The notes under the pieces are model-generated. The model saw nothing but the letters and a program-made list of their open reading frames with translations, had not been told where the DNA came from and searched no databases. 64,000 bases of DNA, taken from the NCBI RefSeq assembly GCF_022539665.2, contig NC_081332.1, positions 4,712,001 to 4,776,000 of the forward strand. The letters run 5' to 3'. Shown in pieces: positions 58,436 to 64,000 of the stretch (the first letter of the stretch is position 1; every line of letters starts with the position of its first letter). The translations under genes and the position numbers were made by a program. Source of the DNA: Daphnia carinata. Lineage: Eukaryota.

Positions 58436-60287
58436 TTGTTGTTGTTTCCCTGCAGCAGCTAGCGACCGGCCAGCAGCAATTACCACTCGTCTGTGAAGAC
58501 TTTCTATTAGCTCACTGGCAGAGACCACGCGCCCGTGCAAAGCACTGCAGACTATCATTCGGGATCGTGTAGTCAGCGGGAGCGGTTGCTTTTGTTGTTG
58601 TTGTCTATCCCTCCTCTTTTCAGTGAGTCTGTGTGTGTGTATCTGTAGAGGGAAAAGGAAAAAAAAAAAAAAAAAACTGGTCTTTATTGTGACGCGCAAA
58701 AAGGTCCTCCCCGTGCCGCCCCGTTGTGCGTTTGACTAGTCAGGTTCATACCTGTCACTGTTATTATAACAGATCTCGTGAAGTAAAAACAGCATCAACA
58801 GTTGAAGCCTTTTTTTTTTTTTTTTTTTTTTTTTAATTTTTTTTTTTTTTATTTCTGCTTTTGTTTTTAGCCTTTGGGAGAATTTTTTGTTCTTCATTAC
58901 CGAAGTTTTTGAAGAAGAAGAATTTATTTATTTTTTGGCTATCATCATTCTTATTTCACTATATTCATAAGAAGTGTACATGTGTGTGTGTGCTACCCAC
59001 ATTGGTCGACGGCTGTCGGTCAGTCAGTGTCAGCTTCGACCAAATTCGTCGACACCTTTTCTATTAGAGGGGAAAAACGCACGAGTCAAACAGCTGGGAA
59101 AAAAAAAAGGCCGGCCGGCCAAAAGGAGCCACCAGTCAAACAGTGAAGAAATCAATCTTCAATTCATCAGGTATAAGAAAACGAGAAAAAAAAAAAAACG
59201 AGTTGAAGAATTTTATTTATTTGAAATTTTTTTTTTTTGTTTCTCGTTTTGTTGGGAAATATTTGTCCCTTTTTTTCTTCTATTTTCACTGACGTTTGGA
59301 CGTGCGCAATTTTGTCACGCTCCGACTCTCCCCTTCGTTTGCGGCAGTGAGGGACATGCCCGGCAGGAAATGCCAGGCGTTTCGATTTTTTTTTTGCATT
59401 TGTTTCCCTTCGTCACTTTTTTTTTTTTTTTTTTTTTTTTTTGTCTTCTGAATTTTTATTTCTTTGAAACACGAAAATGCATTCGCTTTTTTTTTTAAAT
59501 TTATTCCAATGCGAGTCCGATATAGGTTATTACATATTGCGAACGGTCCCATATATGTATGAAATCAGCGTCCTTGATTTTTAAATTTCGATCAATCGAA
59601 TCAGTAACGGGAATCAAAAATAGCTTTGCAAGAAAGTGAGCCCTTCCCGCTTTGAAAAACAAAAATAACTCGAGACAATAACAACAGCAACACACAGGAA
59701 GGCTAAATTCCGCACATAAATATAAATAAATCAAAAGAAAACTAAACAACATTTTGTCGACGGTTTCAAGTTCTCTCTTTTTGTTTTGGTTTTGATGTCG
59801 GAGATTTATTGACTATGGGGTTCACATGTTTTATGATCGCCCTCAGCAATGATGGCGACCGCTATTCCTCCCCCTTGCCTTTTTTTTTTTTTTTTTCCAT
59901 ACCTATTCTAGTTTCAAGTATCTTACGATTTGCCCCAATGCTTCACTGGGAAAACAACAAAGCAAAACTTTCACGAAGAAAAAAAAAAGGAGGGGGGGGG
60001 GATCGCAACTGCAATTACACATTGCGGAGACAGCTGAGCGCGCGTCGGAAAAGCGTATCAAGGGAGGGAGACGCACGGTAATTACGTACACGCCAATAAG
60101 ATTGTAGAACACACGAATAAGAATGGCCATCAAGGATTTTTTTTTTTTCTTTTTTTTTTTTTTGTTCAAGGAAAAAGTGAAACAAAAACTAAAATCGAAC
60201 TCGAAATAGAATTTCACCATGGAAAGTCATAGACACACATACAAAGAACGATTGTAACCGATTGCTCGAGCGCTTTAACTACAACCG

Positions 60288-60312
60288 CTCTCTCTCTCTC
60301 TCTCTCTCTCTC
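60288..60312. repeat. (CT)n / GAGA-type tract
   Basis: Direct dinucleotide run. Confidence 0.85.
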
Positions 60313-63300
60313 CCCCTCTTTCGTTCACTCTCCCCGAAATGTTGCGGTTGACTTTCCCATCCAGACCCATCCGGCCATCATCGTATAAGTATCACGGGCC
60401 CATCGTCTGCTAAATATTTTTTTTTTTTTCCTTGTACAAAAAAAAACACAAAAATTTGAAGAAGAAAAAAAAAAGAATGAAATTAAATGTTAAAGCTCGT
60501 GCAAGAGCCTGAGGATCTTTTTTTTTTTTCATTTCTTTATATTGCCTATAATAGATATTTAAGACCCACCCAAGAAAAAAAAAAATCCATTCAATCGGAA
60601 ATGTCTTTTAGACCGCCAACTGGGCCGATGGCGCAACCTCTTTTCCTGCTGAACTAAATGACCAATAGGCACGAATGTTAATAATATCTGATTTTTTTTT
60701 TTTTTTTTTGGATCTAATTCAATATTTTTTAACCGCCTGACCAGTTTGAACCAGCTGATTATTTAAAGAAAAAACGGCTGTCGTTGTAAATCTTACGAAC
60801 GGCCGGGAGCGTGACCGACACTTTAAAAAAAAAAAAAAGGAAAAATCAAAAAATGTCGTAGGATGTAAAATTTTATTTTATTTTGCGGTTAAATGATGTC
60901 ATATGCTGTTTCCTGAAATGGACGTTTTTACCTGTCCAAGTGGATGATGTCGAAAAACAAGTTGAACAAATGATTTTCCTTTTTTTTTCTTCTTCTTCTT
61001 CTTCTTCCCTCCACTTTGAAAGCTGACGTGATGGCCGGCGTTCTCCATAGCCCTACTTATCTGTCGTGCGCAAACAGATGCAAACTTATTGCTCCATAAT
61101 GGTGGGGCCCTCGTCGTCGTGAGCGCCGTGAAAACTTTCATCCCAATCGCGTTTTCCATCCCCAATTTTACCGCTTTTGAAAACATTTACCTTCTAAAAG
61201 ACACGAGAAAAACAAACAATCCGCTTTTTATTTTTTCAATTATTGAGATCAATTTCCTTCTAAGAATAAACACACCATTGAGCTTTGTTTAATTGACGAC
61301 TCTATGGTTTATCAGCGTGAGCAGTCGGTCCCCCCCTCTCTTCCACCGAACCTGATTACAAGGACTTGTTTTTCGTGTGTCTTTTTTTTTCTTTTCTCGA
61401 GCTATCCAACAACAGGAAAAACGAGCCACACAAACAAAAATAAGAGAGACTCGAGTCTTATTCTAAATCCGCTTTTGGTCTCCTAAATAATAATAATAAA
61501 AAAAAACGAACACTATGTGCGTGTAGTGCGCACAGCTGTTTGCCGCTGTTTAAACTGCCGTCCTAGGGAACATGCACAGCCGTCGAACGCAGCATCCACG
61601 CAGGATGACGTGGCGAATAAACAACACCTGTGCAATAACCTGCTGTCGATTAGAATCGATAGCCCCGTGCCCACATTCCCCCGATGTGTTAAAGCATTTT
61701 CCCTTTTTTTTTTTTTTTTTTTTTTTTTTCGAAAATTATTTATTCAGATTTCTTTTTCTTTTTTTCTTTTTTTCTTTTTTTGCCTGTTGGTGTGTTACAA
61801 TCTGTAACATCCATCGGCGGACCTAATATCTTTTTTTGTGATGTCGGGACGTGGAAGTGACTAGACGACGTGATATGAAGTCATTTTTGTTTAACGGCTG
61901 TATTGGCACCAACAAACCCGATGGTTTTTTTTTGTTTTGTTTTTTAAAGCCAATGCTGCACCTGATTGACTGCTGTTGCATTTAAATGGCGAGTTTCCTT
62001 TTTTAAAAACCGCTTGACATTGTTCTTTCCTGTCACATAATCTGTCCTCTTATCTGATACGAGTTTTGTTTTAGCTGCGCAGTGGCCTTTACTTAAAAAG
62101 ACAATTCGTTTTTGTTTTTGTTTTTTGTTTTTTAAGTGGGGAAATGGTGGGAACTGAAAACCCTACGCTTCCCATCGCAAATGCGAGGGAAAAGAAAAAT
62201 CGTTTGAATTTAAATTAGCACGAGAATCTTTCACGATCTCTCGGGAAAAATGCTTTGTCCCATAAAAAAAAAAAAAAAGGCAAAAATAAGTAAGGCCTGT
62301 TTTTTTTTTTTTTTTTTTTTGTTACTATCCCTTCTATAGAGATGAGGGGGGGGGGGATTGACAAACGCTAAAGTTACAAGTCTCATTCGTTTTGATACGA
62401 ATGATACGTATTGAACCTATCAAATGTAGTCGTTGCTATGACGACAGTACCTGGCACAGTCATCGCCACAATCGACCCAAGTGCCGCTTGTACAACTAGC
62501 CCACCCCAAAAAGAAACAAAAAAAAAGGGACGCAATATTTTGTTACTCTCTCCTTCTTGTATCCGTATTCTTCTCTTTTTTTTTCCCCACGGAATGAAAC
62601 AGAGCAAAAAAAAAAAAAAAAAAAGAGTCCGACAAACGAGAAATTGTAGTTTGCGTGAAAACTTTGATCGAACGATAAGCAAAGATAAGTCATTTGGACG
62701 AAGGGAGGGGAAAGAAAAAAAAAAAACAATAGAGCGAGCCAAAACTTGTGATAGAAATGCGTTTCTTTCCAGTTCAACACACTTGCATGTGATATCATAA
62801 AGCGCTTGCGTCGGGGGGTTTTACAATCGAAAACAGTCAACTTGTCCAGCGGCTTAGAAAGAAAAAAAGAAAAAATAGGGGGCGGCCAAGCAAAAGAAGA
62901 AATAGCTCAGCAGAAACAACGAAAAATAAAATAAAATTATACAGCGCATACTGTGGTCCGGCTGTTTGGTGCTCTGTAGGCAGAGAGAGAAAGAGTGTCT
63001 ATAACTCGTTGGTTTGCGCGTGCGGGAGCCAGAGAAGTATTTTATTTTCTTTTCTTTTCAACTCATTGTCTGTGTCCGTCTGTTGTCCGCTCGGGCTGAT
63101 GTGCGTTCGGGGGTCTGCGGCAGATCGTAATATATATCAGCTGCCAACGCTGCTCCAACGGTCATCAGTCTTGCCCTTGGAGTTCTAGTCTGTACAACAG
63201 TCGCTTCTTTTTTTTTTTGTTTTCGCTGCCTCCCTTTTTTCTTTTTTTTTTTATCCCTTTTTCTTCGAACTTTATTGTGTTGTGTGATATTGGTGTTAAC

Positions 63301-63626
63301 ATCGTCGGACCCAATAACTTTTTTTGTTGTCGAACGAAAGGTAAAAAAAAAAAAAAAACGAAAAAATTCAAAAGGAGAGAAAAGGTTTTATTTTCTTTGA
63401 TTGCATTCGTTTCGATATGGACACAATGTGCCGTTTTGCGCGGTCGGTTGACTCTCTATACTTTTATCGCTTCTAATTTCTATTATTTTCCATTTGATTT
63501 TTAAAGCGTGAAGGAAAAAAAAAATAACTTTCTTTTTCGGACTGTGGAACTCTTTTTTTTTTTTGTTCATTTGAAATTGGGGAGAAACGAGACCTTGATA
63601 TTTGAGTTTGTTTGATATTTTAGGGT

Positions 63627-63663
<37 letters not shown>

Positions 63664-64000
63664 TTTCTTTCATTTTCTGTGGCTTTTCGTTGAGTCGATT
63701 GGAGCAGTGCGGTCATCGTCGTCTCTGGTCGCCAAGTATATATAGCCTTCATTATCTACCGAGTCCGCCCCATTGTCGGTAACTGTCAGAGACGGGCGAA
63801 AGGGGAGGGAGTGAGGCGCAGTAACAGCAAACACACACACACGAAACTTGTATAGAATTTTATACTTGGCCAAACTTTACCTACCGTATATAGAACGTAA
63901 CGGAGCCAACGAGCGGAAGTGGCCATTCTCGTGAGAAAGTCCTTTATTTATTGCACTTTGCCATTTTCTTTTTTTTCGTGGACGTCATCAATTTTTGTGC

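Noticed and set aside
47361..64000. Many 60-180 aa ORFs rich in poly-Phe or poly-Lys
   Set aside because: Translations of A/T homopolymer tracts, not genes.
1..64000. Prokaryote-type systems (CRISPR arrays, operons, defence islands), rRNA or tRNA genes, intact transposase or reverse transcriptase ORFs
   Set aside because: The DNA is spliceosomal-intron-containing eukaryotic sequence; by eye I saw no repeat-spacer arrays, cloverleafs or DDE/RT motifs. tRNAscan-SE, Infernal and RepeatMasker would be needed to exclude small or degraded elements.

Overview
Eukaryotic, intron-rich genomic DNA. The ~55-80 nt introns, AT-rich A/T homopolymer tracts and protein similarities suggest an arthropod, probably a Daphnia-like branchiopod crustacean (inference). 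The six-frame ORF track is mostly noise, so I spliced genes by hand from GT/GC-AG sites and frame continuity. Five genes can be assembled: (1) FMRFamide-receptor-like GPCR, + strand, 1290-4791; (2) a 4-exon, 105-aa secreted Gly/Tyr-rich orphan protein that the ORF track misses, +, 6510-7410; (3) FCHO (F-BAR + APA + mu-homology), +, 8129-16950; (4) CAPS/CADPS, +, 26314-41596; (5) a synaptopodin/myozenin-like (CG1674-like) gene, - strand, 42920 to at least 51001. There are also two decayed coding relics (about 5.9-6.2 kb, and about 20.5-24.5 kb antisense inside the putative CAPS 5' intron). The most interesting signal is hidden splicing. CAPS has a duplicated, diverged exon giving an alternative C-terminus (40830-40958) and six frame-preserving microexons of 6-33 nt, one with a GC donor encoding an RRxS kinase motif. 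FCHO has up to six phase-1 cassette exons in its linker. I saw no rRNA, tRNA, CRISPR array or intact transposon. All family assignments are from recalled motifs, not database searches, and all exon calls need RNA-seq confirmation.
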